Notes: generated by a model not told the origin, from the letters alone. A stretch of DNA of 64,000 nucleotides from an uncultured Candidatus Saccharibacteria bacterium (GCA_964350985.1 CAYGLK010000001.1:91018-155017); one strand, 5' to 3'; positions 48,324 to 60,212 are shown, numbered from the stretch's first letter. Numbers and translations: made by a program.

Positions 48324-49127
48324 CTAGAATAGTTTTTTCCACTCAGATTTAGTTGGGTTATAGGTACCGATCTTTTCTCGGTGAATATTAAAAGCCAGCC
48401 CAGTAGTATTTAAGCTACGAGCAATAAACTCTGCTAAGGTACGCATGTATGTGCCACTAGAGCAGATACATTTAATACTGGCCACCTGATAGCTGACTGA
48501 GACTTCTCCAGCCGTTAAAAAGTCTTGCCATGACTGTAGTACTTCTGGTCGTCTAAAATCATTTCCTAGAGCCTTACGAGGATCAGTAACTTTTGGAAGA
48601 AGGGTTATCTTATGAATTGCTTCATCGTACACCTCAACGCGAGTCTTGGTTTCAAGAGAGGTAAGTTCAAGTTTATAAATAGTAGATTCCCTTGTTGGTA
48701 TTTCTATTTCGTCCAATCTACCTTCCATAGTCCAAGTATGAAGTGGTTTACCTTGAACGGTCTTGGCCGAAAAAATAGGGTAGGGCATTTCTATCTCACC
48801 AACAAAATCTTCTAGAGCTTTTATTAAAGAACTTTGGTCAATAGAAGTCGGTTTATCTGTCTTTACAATACCAAGCACGTCACCACTATCAGAAGCGGTG
48901 TCAAAAAGAATATCGACAAAGTATTCTTTGTCTAAGTCATGATACTCGGCTTGTTTTTTGCACTCCTCCCCAATCAGTATCAAAAGTTTACCTGAGGCCA
49001 TTGGATCAAGTCTGCCGGCATAGGCTAAAGCTACTCCGGACATTTCCGGATTATTTGCGCGCCAATTTTCAGCTACTTCAAGGGGGGTTTGACCAATTTT
49101 TTTATCAAGTAGAACGTAGGGAGGCAT
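48324..49127 (-). CDS. truB: tRNA pseudouridine synthase B-like
   Basis: YAGRLDPMASGKL, KEY, SAKTVQGKPL, CSSGTYMRTLA. Confidence 0.85.
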   Translation of the reverse strand: MPPYVLLDKKIGQTPLEVAENWRANNPEMSGVALAYAGRLDPMASGKLLILIGEECKKQAEYHDLDKEYFVDILFDTASDSGDVLGIVKTDKPTSIDQSSLIKALEDFVGEIEMPYPIFSAKTVQGKPLHTWTMEGRLDEIEIPTRESTIYKLELTSLETKTRVEVYDEAIHKITLLPKVTDPRKALGNDFRRPEVLQSWQDFLTAGEVSVSYQVASIKCICSSGTYMRTLAEFIARSLNTTGLAFNIHREKIGTYNPTKSEWKKLF

Positions 49128-49131
49128 AACT

Positions 49132-50088
49132 TTATTCGTCACTTTCGTCTTCAATTTCAAATTGAATTATCTCTTCAATAATATCTTCTAGAGTAACAAC
49201 ACCTAAAAAGATTCCACTTTTACTCATGACAATACCCATGTGTTTTTTTCGCTTTAGCATTTTTCCAAGCACTAAGTCTAGTTTTTCTTCCGGTCTGATT
49301 TTAAGGAAGCTTTCTTCAAAGGCGTCTTCAGTTTGGTGAAGAGCAGTGTTTGGTTCTTCGGAGATTAATTCTTTACTATAAAGAATACCAACAATATTGT
49401 CCGGGTTTCCACTATAGATAGGATATCGAGAAAAAGAAGCATCAACTACATGCTCAATGAAATCTTCATTAATGCGTTGATTTTTTTCATAACAAACAAC
49501 CTTGTCTTTAGGAGTCATAATTTCACGCACAGTTGTGTGCGAAAACTTTAAGGCGCCGTGGACAATACGTCCTTCGTCTTCATCAACATCACTATGTTCA
49601 GACTGCTCTAGTTCAGAAACAATATGCATTATCTCTTTACGTGAATGCAGAGAAGGCATTTCTTTTCCGAGCATTTTATCGATCAGATAAGCAATCGGAT
49701 AGGCAACAGGAGCTAGCAATACCATAATTATTTTCATTAAAGGTGCTAGCCGACTACCAAACCATAATGCATGTCTTGAAATAATCGCTTGAGGAAGAAT
49801 CTCACCAAAGATAAAAATTAGTGAAGTTGCTACTATTCCCGCAATCACACCGCTCACAATTGATCCAAGATAAACTGAAAGAGCTGTATTAACTCCAACG
49901 TTACCAAGAAGCAATGTGGTCAAGAGCCAGTTACCGTGTTTCCTGATGGGGTAGATGGCTTTGGCTTCTTTGTTGCCAAGCTTAGCTTTTCTCTCAAGAA
50001 CATGTAGGTTCAGAGAAAAATAACCCAGCGTTAGACCAGAGAAGAGGGCAGAGAAAGAAATGAGGATAAATGAAATTAAATACTCCAC
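49132..50088 (-). CDS. CNNM/DUF21-CBS membrane protein (CorB/HlyC-like)
   Basis: SALFSGLTLG, LLTTLLLGNVGVN, IFGEILPQ, FSRYPIY, GVVTLEDIIEEI. Confidence 0.93.
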   Translation of the reverse strand: MEYLISFILISFSALFSGLTLGYFSLNLHVLERKAKLGNKEAKAIYPIRKHGNWLLTTLLLGNVGVNTALSVYLGSIVSGVIAGIVATSLIFIFGEILPQAIISRHALWFGSRLAPLMKIIMVLLAPVAYPIAYLIDKMLGKEMPSLHSRKEIMHIVSELEQSEHSDVDEDEGRIVHGALKFSHTTVREIMTPKDKVVCYEKNQRINEDFIEHVVDASFSRYPIYSGNPDNIVGILYSKELISEEPNTALHQTEDAFEESFLKIRPEEKLDLVLGKMLKRKKHMGIVMSKSGIFLGVVTLEDIIEEIIQFEIEDESDE

Positions 50089-50097
50089 AAAGTTAAT

Positions 50098-50178
50098 TTA
50101 TATAGGACTTCCACCAAAGTAAGTGTTTGCCATTAAGAGTAGGACAAATAAAGCTAAAGCAAGTACAACATACTTCAT
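50098..50178 (-). CDS. putative 26-aa hydrophobic peptide
   Basis: Not in ORF track; MKYVVLALALFVLLLMANTYFGGSPI, preceded by TGcTATAAT and ending 9 nt before the CNNM start. Confidence 0.5.
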   Translation of the reverse strand: MKYVVLALALFVLLLMANTYFGGSPI

Positions 50179-50203
50179 ATAGCCTCATTATAGCAGACTG
50201 AAA

Positions 50204-51541
50204 CTAAGCCGGGACAAATGTCAGAGCTTTTCCTTGTTTGTCACTTCGTCCAGTTCTACCAATACGGTGAACATAGTCTTCGTAAGTTCCAGGAAGGTCG
50301 TAGTTAATTACGTGTGAGACATCATTAACGTGAATACCTCGAGCCGCAACGTCTGTAGCTACTAGGACTTTCACTCGACCGTCTTTGAAGTTATTCAAAG
50401 CTCGTTGTCGTTGGATGTGTGATTTATTTCCGTGGATAGCGTCAGCTTTAATTCCAGCATGAACTAATTCTAGGCTTAGTTTTTCTACACTGTGCTTCAT
50501 AGCACCAAAGATAATTACTCGAGTGAATTCATCTTCTTTAAGTAGTTCAACTAGTTTTGTAAATTTAGAACTGTGTTCGTAACGAACCACGTCTTGGGTA
50601 ATACTGTTTGTAATATCAGTCTTTCGAACAGAAACAGTAATCGGCTTACGTAAGAATTCGTGCACTAAGCCTTCAACGCTCTTTGACATTGTCGCAGAGA
50701 AGAAAAGAGTCTCACGATCTTCAGGAACGTCTTTCAAGATCTTCTTCATATCGTGAATGAATCCCATGTCTAGCATACGGTCAGCTTCATCGAAGATAAC
50801 AGTAGTGATTCCACCTGGCTTTATATGTCCACGATCCATAAGATCTTGAACTCGCCCAGGTGTACCAATAATAAATTGATTCTTTCGTCTAAGACCACTG
50901 ATTTGTGGGCGAATATTCATTCCACCAACACAAACAGTAGAATAGATATTCATTCGAGGTGTTAGTTTACGAAGTTCTTGTTCAACTTGGATAGCTAGTT
51001 CACGTGTTGGAGTCAAGATTAAAGTTTGACGTCCGCGATCTTTAAGAGTCTTTTGAATCACAGGGATCAAAAAAGCAGCTGTTTTTCCAGTACCTGTTTG
51101 CGCTAGGCCAACAACGTCATGACCGTCTAAGATGTAAGGAATAACCTGATCTTGAATAGCACTAGGAACAACTAGTCCACTGGCAGCAATAGCATCAGCT
51201 AGATACTTATCTAGACCAAAATCATTAAAAGTATGCTTTGCAACATATGGTGCTTCAGTTACTGGCTTTACTGGATTTAAGTTAATGAATTTTGAAACAT
51301 CGAAAGTACTCATTACTCGGCCTCCTCGTCCACCACGAGAACCTCCTCGGCTACCGCCGAAACTTCGTCCACCACTAAAACGACGTCCACCACCTGATGA
51401 TGAACCTCCTCCAGATCGACTGCTTCCAGATCGAAAGCCTGAACTGGGTCGGCGGCTACCGCTTGAACTTGAATTACTACTAAAAGGGCGACGGGTACGT
51501 CCCGCCATGGGTCGACTAGGTCGACCAGATGTATTTGGCAT
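50204..51541 (-). CDS. DEAD-box RNA helicase with RGG/Ser-rich N-terminal tail
   Basis: AQTGTGKT, PTRELA, TPGR, DEAD, SAT, ARGI, HRIGRTGR. Confidence 0.96.
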   Translation of the reverse strand: MPNTSGRPSRPMAGRTRRPFSSNSSSSGSRRPSSGFRSGSSRSGGGSSSGGGRRFSGGRSFGGSRGGSRGGRGGRVMSTFDVSKFINLNPVKPVTEAPYVAKHTFNDFGLDKYLADAIAASGLVVPSAIQDQVIPYILDGHDVVGLAQTGTGKTAAFLIPVIQKTLKDRGRQTLILTPTRELAIQVEQELRKLTPRMNIYSTVCVGGMNIRPQISGLRRKNQFIIGTPGRVQDLMDRGHIKPGGITTVIFDEADRMLDMGFIHDMKKILKDVPEDRETLFFSATMSKSVEGLVHEFLRKPITVSVRKTDITNSITQDVVRYEHSSKFTKLVELLKEDEFTRVIIFGAMKHSVEKLSLELVHAGIKADAIHGNKSHIQRQRALNNFKDGRVKVLVATDVAARGIHVNDVSHVINYDLPGTYEDYVHRIGRTGRSDKQGKALTFVPA

Positions 51542-51744
51542 TTTTTATTTAATTTAGGGGAATTTAAAAATTCCGGGCTGTGCAGAATATAATCAAATGG
51601 TCACGTGAGCCCAAACACAAGGGAGGGGAAGTGACGGCTATTTGTGACTCAAGAGCCCTACACGAGAATCTTAAGGTGACAAGAGAGTAACACTAATACT
51701 AAAAATAGTCAAATATTCTGTAATTGATAGCTTTATCAGAGCTT

Positions 51745-51815
51745 TATAAATAAAAAACCTCACCTGGAGGTTCAGATGGGGCTTGGTCCGGACGCACCTA
51801 CGGTGCGTCCGGTTA
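51745..51815 (-). repeat. 71-bp exact direct repeat (double hairpin/terminator), copy 1
   Basis: Identical to 52489-52559. Confidence 0.95.
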
Positions 51816-51852
51816 GGTAATTTTCTTCCGCTGGTTGCGACGCTGAGGTTGC

Positions 51853-52383
51853 CTACAGTCTGACTGCCAAACACGCGCCAAGGCAATGGACTGTCTTTCG
51901 GAACGTCTCACCATACCTCCCGTCTATCTTTGGATAGATTTCCGGGAACCAAGTCCTTTTCATCCCGTGCGGTTGAGAACCCTCAAGCCTAACAAGAGAT
52001 CCAAGACAGATCAGTCTTTCCGGGGTGTTGCCCTGAGCTTTCATGGTCTTTATGTAGGCATCACACTCCGCAATGTCGGCCGGACGAAGTCCTTTTTCTT
52101 TCATCTTTTGGATGGTGTCGTACGGCTGAGCATCGTAGTTAAATCCGACAAGATGCATGGTCAGCTCTTGATCGACCGTTTTTTCAGGCACGACGTAAAC
52201 GTTGTTGCTGTTTACTGAATTGACAACCATTGCCGGTTGGGCTGGGACAAAAACCGTTACAGCAGATGAGATGGTGTCCTCGCCGCAACAAACCTGGTAG
52301 ACTTTTAGCGAGATGTTGTACAGTACCAGGAGGCCAAAAAGTGAAAGGACGATTCCGGACCAGATCTTTTGAAGAATTGTCAT
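51853..52383 (-). CDS. orphan protein with N-terminal membrane anchor
   Basis: Hydrophobic N-terminus; own promoter TTGACT-16-TATAAA with TG extension (about 52430-52457). Confidence 0.7.
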   Translation of the reverse strand: MTILQKIWSGIVLSLFGLLVLYNISLKVYQVCCGEDTISSAVTVFVPAQPAMVVNSVNSNNVYVVPEKTVDQELTMHLVGFNYDAQPYDTIQKMKEKGLRPADIAECDAYIKTMKAQGNTPERLICLGSLVRLEGSQPHGMKRTWFPEIYPKIDGRYGETFRKTVHCLGACLAVRL

Positions 52384-52488
52384 GACAATTGCCTTGTCTC
52401 TACTCAACGGAATGCTGAGCTCTTTCTGTTTTATAACAAATATAACGAAAAAGTCAATATTTCGTTAGGTACACACATAATATTTAAA

Positions 52489-52559
52489 TATAAATAAAAA
52501 ACCTCACCTGGAGGTTCAGATGGGGCTTGGTCCGGACGCACCTACGGTGCGTCCGGTTA
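52489..52559 (-). repeat. 71-bp exact direct repeat, copy 2 (includes the TAA of the upstream orphan)
   Basis: Identical to 51745-51815. Confidence 0.95.
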
Positions 52560-52958
52560 ACGGCCTATGGTCTTTTTCTTGTTCGGCCATTTGACCATCA
52601 CCCACAGTATCCGTAACACGGAAAGGATAAAAAGCAGGCCAAAAAACGATATGTTAAACGCTAGAGTAAGACCAAAGAAAACACCAAGGTCTTTATCCTT
52701 TACTGCCCATAAGAAGGGAACCAAGACTCCGCCAAATGTTGTGACGATAGATAGTCTTAACCCCTCACGACAGAGTGTGCTACCTGTCTCGTGTAGTGTC
52801 GGGGCTACAAAGGCGAAGACTATTGCAGCAATGACCAGTCCGAAGATGGCGCTGGCTACAGCTCCGTTTGAAAACAGAGCTGTATAGGTAGAGTGACGAG
52901 CGTCATACAGCAGGCCAAGCATGACGCCTAGGCTGGCGCAGAACAGAAGTTTTTTCAT
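52557..52958 (-). CDS. orphan four-TM membrane protein
   Basis: SD GGGAG 9 nt before ATG; 4 hydrophobic segments. Confidence 0.7.
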   Translation of the reverse strand: MKKLLFCASLGVMLGLLYDARHSTYTALFSNGAVASAIFGLVIAAIVFAFVAPTLHETGSTLCREGLRLSIVTTFGGVLVPFLWAVKDKDLGVFFGLTLAFNISFFGLLFILSVLRILWVMVKWPNKKKTIGR

Positions 52959-53136
52959 GGAACTTTGCTCCCATGATAGGAAGGGGGGTGAGCAGTACTG
53001 ATTATAATAATCTCATAAAATTACTATTGATGATACTAAGCCAGCTGTTTATATAACCTATTGCTCGGTTTGATTGTTATTTATCGCTATTTTGTGTTAA
53101 TATACGCGCGCAAAAACGTTTGTCATTTTGTTTCTA

Positions 53137-53904
53137 ATGCTTTCATTCATCAATACAGCTTACGCGGCCGGAGACGGTATTAAGGTTGCTCTTAAGCCAT
53201 ATGTTGTTGGTGAACTTTGGGGTATTCCAATTACGGCCACTCTTATTACTACTTGGTTGACGATGGCTCTTTTGATCGTTGCTGCTTACTATTTTACTCG
53301 TAAACCACAGCTGATCCCTAAAAAAGTACAAAGTATGGCCGAATTGGTAGTGGGTGGCGTTTATGATTATATGGCTGATGTGCTAGAAAGTCGTAAACTA
53401 GCACTACAATACTTTCCAATCGTGATGACAATCTTTATCTTTGTCTTAGCTTTAAACTGGATCGGACTACTTCCAGGAGTAACTTCAATTGGTTTTAATC
53501 ACGATGGTCACTTTACTCCACTCCTATATCCGGCGGCGACTGACTTAAATATCACGGTCGCTTTTGCGATTGTAGCTTTCTTAACTATAGAGATCGCTGG
53601 TGTGGTAGCTTTAGGACTGTGGAAGTATGGTGGGAAGTTTATTAACTTCTCTTCACCGCTAGCTTTTATTATTGGTATTATTGAACTAATAAGTGAATTA
53701 GCTCGTCTAATCTCATTCTCATTTCGTCTCTTCGGTAATATTTTTGCCGGTAAGACGCTACTGGTAGTGATAATTTTCTTCGTACCTTATATAGTGCCAG
53801 TCCCGCTGTATGGGTTTGAAGTCTTTGTTGGGTTTATTCAGGCATTCATTTTTGCTATCCTAACCTTGTTCTTTATTAAAATTGCCATTGCAGAACCGCA
53901 TTAG
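53137..53904 (+). CDS. atpB: ATP synthase F0 subunit a
   Basis: NWIGLLPG, ATDLNIT, SFSFRLFGNIFAG, IQAFIF. Confidence 0.96.
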   Translation: MLSFINTAYAAGDGIKVALKPYVVGELWGIPITATLITTWLTMALLIVAAYYFTRKPQLIPKKVQSMAELVVGGVYDYMADVLESRKLALQYFPIVMTIFIFVLALNWIGLLPGVTSIGFNHDGHFTPLLYPAATDLNITVAFAIVAFLTIEIAGVVALGLWKYGGKFINFSSPLAFIIGIIELISELARLISFSFRLFGNIFAGKTLLVVIIFFVPYIVPVPLYGFEVFVGFIQAFIFAILTLFFIKIAIAEPH

Positions 53905-54036
53905 TTGATAATCACGAGTCCCGTAAATAATTGGGCGTGACTCGTACTTGTCCATTAATCTTTAAAGCAATTGCTTTTAAGTAGTCTTTTCTTCCCAGAA
54001 ATTTAGACTCAGATGGCACATTATTATTTAAAATAA

Positions 54037-54309
<273 letters not shown>

Positions 54310-54312
<3 letters not shown>

Positions 54313-54434
54313 TTCTTCCAATATCACTTCGTCTGCTTTGTCGTAGTGCAGAAAAATTTACTCAACGTACTACTAAGTACGTATCGCAAATTTTTCTTTC
54401 TACTTCGCGCATACTCGTAATATTGAAAGAATTA
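54310..54434 (+). repeat. long covarying hairpin element, family A copy 4
   Basis: TAATTCTTCCAATAT..TGC-tttgtc-GTAG..AGAAAAATT..tcaa-CGTAC-tactaa-GTACG..AATTTTTCT..CTAC-ttcgc-GCA..ATATTGAAAGAATTA. Confidence 0.85.
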
Positions 54435-54476
54435 GAAAAAGATTATTACCACTTTAGTCACTAAAATCTAATCACT

Positions 54477-54926
54477 ATGGAAGATATCATTAACGCATTT
54501 GGAATCGATGCCAGACTCATAATCATCCAAATTGTAAACTTCGCTATTTTGATGGCGGTGTTGGGATATTTCCTATACAAACCGATTCTCAAAATGTTGC
54601 AGGATCGCGAAGATAAGATTAAGCAAGGAATTGCAGACGCTGAACAAGCGGCTGTAGCTCTAAGTCAGGCTGAAGCTGGTAAAAAAGAAATTCTTACTGC
54701 AGCACACTCTGCTGCCGAAGAAGTAGCTCAAAGAGCAAAAGGAAGCGCTGAAGAGGCTGCAGCCGACATTGTTAGAGGTGCTGAAGATAAGGCGACTCAA
54801 GTTTTGAAGACAGCAGCTGAAAAAGCGGAACAACTTCGAACGCAAATTCAAAAAGAAGCTGAAGCTGAAATCGCTAAAACAGCGATCCTGGCTGCAGAAA
54901 AAATTCTTCGTGAAAAAACTTCTTAA
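54477..54926 (+). CDS. atpF: ATP synthase F0 subunit b
   Basis: QIVNFAIL..LYKPI..ML..R..KI, Ala-rich coiled coil; operon position. Confidence 0.95.
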   Translation: MEDIINAFGIDARLIIIQIVNFAILMAVLGYFLYKPILKMLQDREDKIKQGIADAEQAAVALSQAEAGKKEILTAAHSAAEEVAQRAKGSAEEAAADIVRGAEDKATQVLKTAAEKAEQLRTQIQKEAEAEIAKTAILAAEKILREKTS

Positions 54927-54929
54927 ATT

Positions 54930-55319
54930 ATGAAGGACACTTATATTAAAGCTTCATTAGAATTACTTAAAGCTGGGGAACCAGTAGAAGTAGTTCTAAA
55001 AAATATGCAGCAAGTAATGGCAAAGAAAGGCCATAGCTCTTTGTATGGCAGTGTCCTTCAGGGTCTTGTTACTCAAATAGAGTCTCAAGATGAGCTAGCG
55101 CAACCTATGGTTATCGTTGCTAACGCAAAAGATGTAGATGCAGAAAGAGTTAAATCACTACTAAAAGAAATTGGCAGTGAAGCAGAGAATTATTCAACAA
55201 CGGTAGATGAAACTGTTGTTGGCGGAATGATTGTCTCGCACAATTACAAAATGATCGACGAGAGCTATAAAACCAAACTTAAAAACCTTTATCAATCAAT
55301 TGTCTCAAAGACCAACTAA
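54930..55319 (+). CDS. atpH: ATP synthase F1 subunit delta (short form)
   Basis: VDETVVGGMIV....MIDES.KTKL C-terminal OSCP motif; operon position. Confidence 0.8.
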   Translation: MKDTYIKASLELLKAGEPVEVVLKNMQQVMAKKGHSSLYGSVLQGLVTQIESQDELAQPMVIVANAKDVDAERVKSLLKEIGSEAENYSTTVDETVVGGMIVSHNYKMIDESYKTKLKNLYQSIVSKTN

Positions 55320-55335
55320 TCACTAAATTTTTACT

Positions 55336-56904
55336 ATGAACCCAACCATCATCGAAAGAATCAAGAAAGAAATTCAAGGACTGGAAACAAATAGTCAACC
55401 ACAAGAAATTGGTAAGGTTACCAACGTGGGTGACGGTGTAGCTGAAATCGACGGACTCCTAAGTGCGCAAATGATGGAGATGGTAGTTTTCGCTACTCAT
55501 GATGGACTTTCACTGAAAGATACTCTAGATCAAACAACAGTACTTTATGGTTTGGTACTTAACCTTGAAGAGGAGAGTGTAAAAGTGGTGATCTTGGGAG
55601 ACAGTGGTTTGGTTAAGGAGGGGATGACTGTTTTCCGAACTGGAAAGCTACTCTCAGTTCCAGTTGGTGAAGCGATTGTTGGTCGAGTAGTAAATGCTCT
55701 TGGTGAGATTATCGACGGTAAAGGTCCGATTGAAACTAAGCGTGATATGCCTGTAGAACGAGTGGCTTACGGTGTAATGGATCGTTCAAGTGTAAACGAA
55801 CCAATTCACACTGGTATCAAGGCTATCGACTCAATGATTCCTATCGGACGTGGTCAGCGAGAATTAATTATTGGTGATCGTGGTACTGGGAAGACTACAA
55901 TTGCGATTGATACTATTATCAATCAGAAGTACGAACCAAAAGAAAAGCGCCCAATTTGTATCTACGTTGCTATTGGTCAGAAGCGTTCTAAGACTGCCAA
56001 CATCATGGCTCAATTAGAAGCAGCTGGAGCAATGGAATACACAACTATTATTGCTACTTCAGCTTCTGAAGCTTCACCGATGCTTTTCCTGGCACCGTTT
56101 ACTGGAATGGCTATCGGAGAATATTTTATGGAACAAGGAAAGGATGTCTTGGTAATCCTAGACGACCTTTCTAAGCACGCTGTTGCGTATCGACAAATGT
56201 CGCTTCTGCTCCGACGTCCACCAGGACGTGAAGCGTATCCTGGAGATATTTTCTATCTACACTCACGACTTCTAGAGCGGTCAGCAAAACTTTCAAAAGA
56301 ACTTGGTAGTGGATCGATCACCGCTTTGCCTATCATTGAAACTCAAGAAGGAGATGTGTCTGCTTATATTCCAACCAACGTAATTTCTATTACTGACGGA
56401 CAGATCTTCCTTGAAGGTGAGTTGTTCAACAAAGGAATTCGTCCAGCTCTAAACGTAGGTATTTCAGTATCACGTGTAGGGTCTTCAGCGCAAACTAAAG
56501 CGATGAAAGCAGTGTCTGGAAAGATTCGTCTTGAGCTAGCTCAGTTCCGAGAACTGGAAGCTTTTATGCAATTTGCTTCAGATCTAGATGAAGATACTAA
56601 ACAGAGAATCGACAGCGGCCGAAAGTATGTGGAGTTGTTGAAACAAAAACAAAACAATCCAATGCCTTTCTACAAGCAAGTAGTATCTATCTATGGTGCT
56701 AACAACGGTTTGCTCGATGGTGCTAAGGCTGAGGATGTCCAAAAAATAGAAAAGGCTTACCATGACTTTATTGAACGAGATCGAAAAGAAATCTTGACTT
56801 CAATTGAAACAGAGCGCGCTCTAAGTGACGAACTGCAAGCAGATCTAAAGAAATCAATTTCTGATTTTAAAGAAGCTAATTCTGATTTTTATTCAAAAGC
56901 ATAA
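55336..56904 (+). CDS. atpA: ATP synthase F1 subunit alpha
   Basis: [40 protein letters not shown]. Confidence 0.98.
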   Translation: MNPTIIERIKKEIQGLETNSQPQEIGKVTNVGDGVAEIDGLLSAQMMEMVVFATHDGLSLKDTLDQTTVLYGLVLNLEEESVKVVILGDSGLVKEGMTVFRTGKLLSVPVGEAIVGRVVNALGEIIDGKGPIETKRDMPVERVAYGVMDRSSVNEPIHTGIKAIDSMIPIGRGQRELIIGDRGTGKTTIAIDTIINQKYEPKEKRPICIYVAIGQKRSKTANIMAQLEAAGAMEYTTIIATSASEASPMLFLAPFTGMAIGEYFMEQGKDVLVILDDLSKHAVAYRQMSLLLRRPPGREAYPGDIFYLHSRLLERSAKLSKELGSGSITALPIIETQEGDVSAYIPTNVISITDGQIFLEGELFNKGIRPALNVGISVSRVGSSAQTKAMKAVSGKIRLELAQFRELEAFMQFASDLDEDTKQRIDSGRKYVELLKQKQNNPMPFYKQVVSIYGANNGLLDGAKAEDVQKIEKAYHDFIERDRKEILTSIETERALSDELQADLKKSISDFKEANSDFYSKA

Positions 56905-56942
56905 ATAGCCCACGAGGCATTATTAGCTTTCATTCAAATTAA

Positions 56943-57848
56943 ATGGCACTCAAACAAATCAAAAACAAAATAATTTCTACCAAAAAAACTGGCAAAGTGA
57001 CTAAGGCCATGGAGTCGGTTTCAGCGGTGAAGATGCGTAAGAGTCAGGCTCGAGCTTTTGAAAGCCGACCTTATATCAGAGCCGCAATGCGTATTTTGTC
57101 TCGTTTGTCTGACACTCGCGACGTAGAGCAGCATGAATTTTCTAAGGTTAGAACTTCAACTAAAAAGTTGGTTGTAATTGTCACTAGTGACAAAGGTCTG
57201 GCTGGAAGCGTTAACAGTGCTGTTTTACGGAAGGTGGAACTAATGAAAAAAGACGGTGAGATTTTTGATGTTGTTACTATTGGACGCAAAGCCTTTGAGT
57301 TTGCTGAGCGTGAGAAGTTGGTCATCAAAGCTCACTACCTAAATGTTAGTGACGGAGTGACTTTATCTGATGTTTACGAGATGTCAGATGTAGTAATGAA
57401 AGCTTTTGCAGCTGACCTGACTTACGGAATCGTTGAAGTTGTTTACCAAAACTTTATTTCTACATTTGAACAAAACCCAACTAAGCGGCAAATCTTGCCG
57501 CTAGATCCAAAAGAAGTAAAAGAAATAATGCTAGACATCCGTCCAAAGACTGGAAAGTTTAGCGACGAAATAGTGGTTGAAGGGGCGACTTTGCAATATG
57601 AAATCGAACCAAGTGCTAGTGCTGTTTTGGACGTCTTGATTCCACAACTAGTACAGATCTTGATCTTCCACGCTCTACTTGAAAGTAAGGCGTCAGAACA
57701 CTCTTCAAGAATGGTGGCGATGAAGAACGCAACTGATAAATCTAAAGAAGTAGCCAAAGCTCTGACTTTGGTTTACAACAAAGCCAGACAAGCCGCTATT
57801 ACAGCTGAGGTAGCTGAGATAACCGGAGGTATGGAAGCTATGAAATAA
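56943..57848 (+). CDS. atpG: ATP synthase F1 subunit gamma
   Basis: KVTKAM, TSDKGLAG, ASEHSSRMVAMKNATD, NKARQAAIT.E. Confidence 0.97.
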   Translation: MALKQIKNKIISTKKTGKVTKAMESVSAVKMRKSQARAFESRPYIRAAMRILSRLSDTRDVEQHEFSKVRTSTKKLVVIVTSDKGLAGSVNSAVLRKVELMKKDGEIFDVVTIGRKAFEFAEREKLVIKAHYLNVSDGVTLSDVYEMSDVVMKAFAADLTYGIVEVVYQNFISTFEQNPTKRQILPLDPKEVKEIMLDIRPKTGKFSDEIVVEGATLQYEIEPSASAVLDVLIPQLVQILIFHALLESKASEHSSRMVAMKNATDKSKEVAKALTLVYNKARQAAITAEVAEITGGMEAMK

Positions 57849-57925
57849 ACTTGCGATACGACTCCATATGCTTTGTCGCTAAAATATTTTAGCCTAGGGC
57901 CTCTGGAGCCGTCTCACAAGTTTAT
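57845..57925 (+). repeat. short (apex-less) family A hairpin, copy 5
   Basis: ATAAACTTG..CTCCA..TGC-tttgtc-GCTAAAA-ta-TTTTAGC-ctagg-GC..TGGAG..CAAGTTTAT; starts in the atpG stop codon. Confidence 0.6.
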
Positions 57926-57967
57926 GAGATACATTTGAAAGATTATTAAGCCAAACACAATTATTAA

Positions 57968-59460
<1,493 letters not shown>

Positions 59461-59490
59461 TCTTGAGGAGACGATTAAATTTATAAATAT

Positions 59491-59742
59491 ATGGCAACAC
59501 AAAAACTACTAAAACTAAACATCTCAAAAGTTGACGGCTCTCTCTTCGATGAAGAGGTGATTTCAGTTACAGTGCCTGGTACAGAAGGAGAGATGACTTT
59601 GTTAGCAGAACACGCTCCAATCGTCTCCGTGCTTCGTCCAGGGGTTATTACTGCACGCAAAGCGGATGGTACAACAGCAGAATTTCCAGTTGAAGTTGGT
59701 ACTCTCGAAGTCAGTCACAACACAGTGACGATCCTACTTTAA
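59491..59742 (+). CDS. atpC: ATP synthase F1 subunit epsilon (N-terminal beta-sandwich only)
   Basis: VTVPGTEGEMTLLAEHAPIVSVL.PG, GTLEV...VTIL; 83 aa. Confidence 0.93.
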   Translation: MATQKLLKLNISKVDGSLFDEEVISVTVPGTEGEMTLLAEHAPIVSVLRPGVITARKADGTTAEFPVEVGTLEVSHNTVTILL

Positions 59743-59770
59743 AACTATTTATATAAAAATGGGTTGTGTT

Positions 59771-59810
59771 AAGGCCCGCCACTATGATGGTGGCGGGCCT
59801 TGGTTTTTTG
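59771..59810. terminator. atp operon / orphan terminator
   Basis: AAGGCCCGCCAC-tatgatg-GTGGCGGGCCTT then T tract. Confidence 0.8.
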
Positions 59811-59825
59811 CGCTTAAGCTGTCCT

Positions 59826-60212
59826 TCAGTAATACTTCAGGAAGTCAGTCAATGCAGCATGAACCTCCCTGATCATCACTAGACCGTAAAGGGTTGCCTT
59901 GTAACGTGTATCCAGATCGCCGACGATCCTAACCTCGTCTTTGATGGCTTCCCAAATCACACTTCCGAAGCTCCCCTCAACTCCGCCGTCAAGGAAGAAG
60001 GAGTGATCGACGTTTGGTTGCTCGATGATTTTCGCCAGAGATTCAACTACGTGAACCAAAGTGGTCCTGTATTGAATCCGAGCGTAGTGATCAGGGACCA
60101 CGCTGTAGATTCTCACTCGGTGGCGGTCACGACAGAGAGAGACGAGAGGTCGGTCCAATTCGTGACCTATGACCACAAAGGTGTAAGGGGGTTTTTTGGG
60201 AGGTGTCGACAT
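59826..60212 (-). CDS. orphan protein A
   Basis: 128-aa ORF, GC-richer than flanks; AGGA upstream, TGtTATAAA promoter, TGA stop. Confidence 0.65.
   Translation of the reverse strand: MSTPPKKPPYTFVVIGHELDRPLVSLCRDRHRVRIYSVVPDHYARIQYRTTLVHVVESLAKIIEQPNVDHSFFLDGGVEGSFGSVIWEAIKDEVRIVGDLDTRYKATLYGLVMIREVHAALTDFLKYY

Noticed and set aside
51745-52559. Integron attC sites
   Set aside because: A TAAC precedes the hairpin, but there is no complementary GTTRRRY box or L-box bulge pattern, and no integron integrase in the window
53914-54020. Hairpins between atpB and atpE as family A
   Set aside because: The ACGAGTC/GACTCGT stem lacks the conserved loop motifs; treated as an ordinary intercistronic structure
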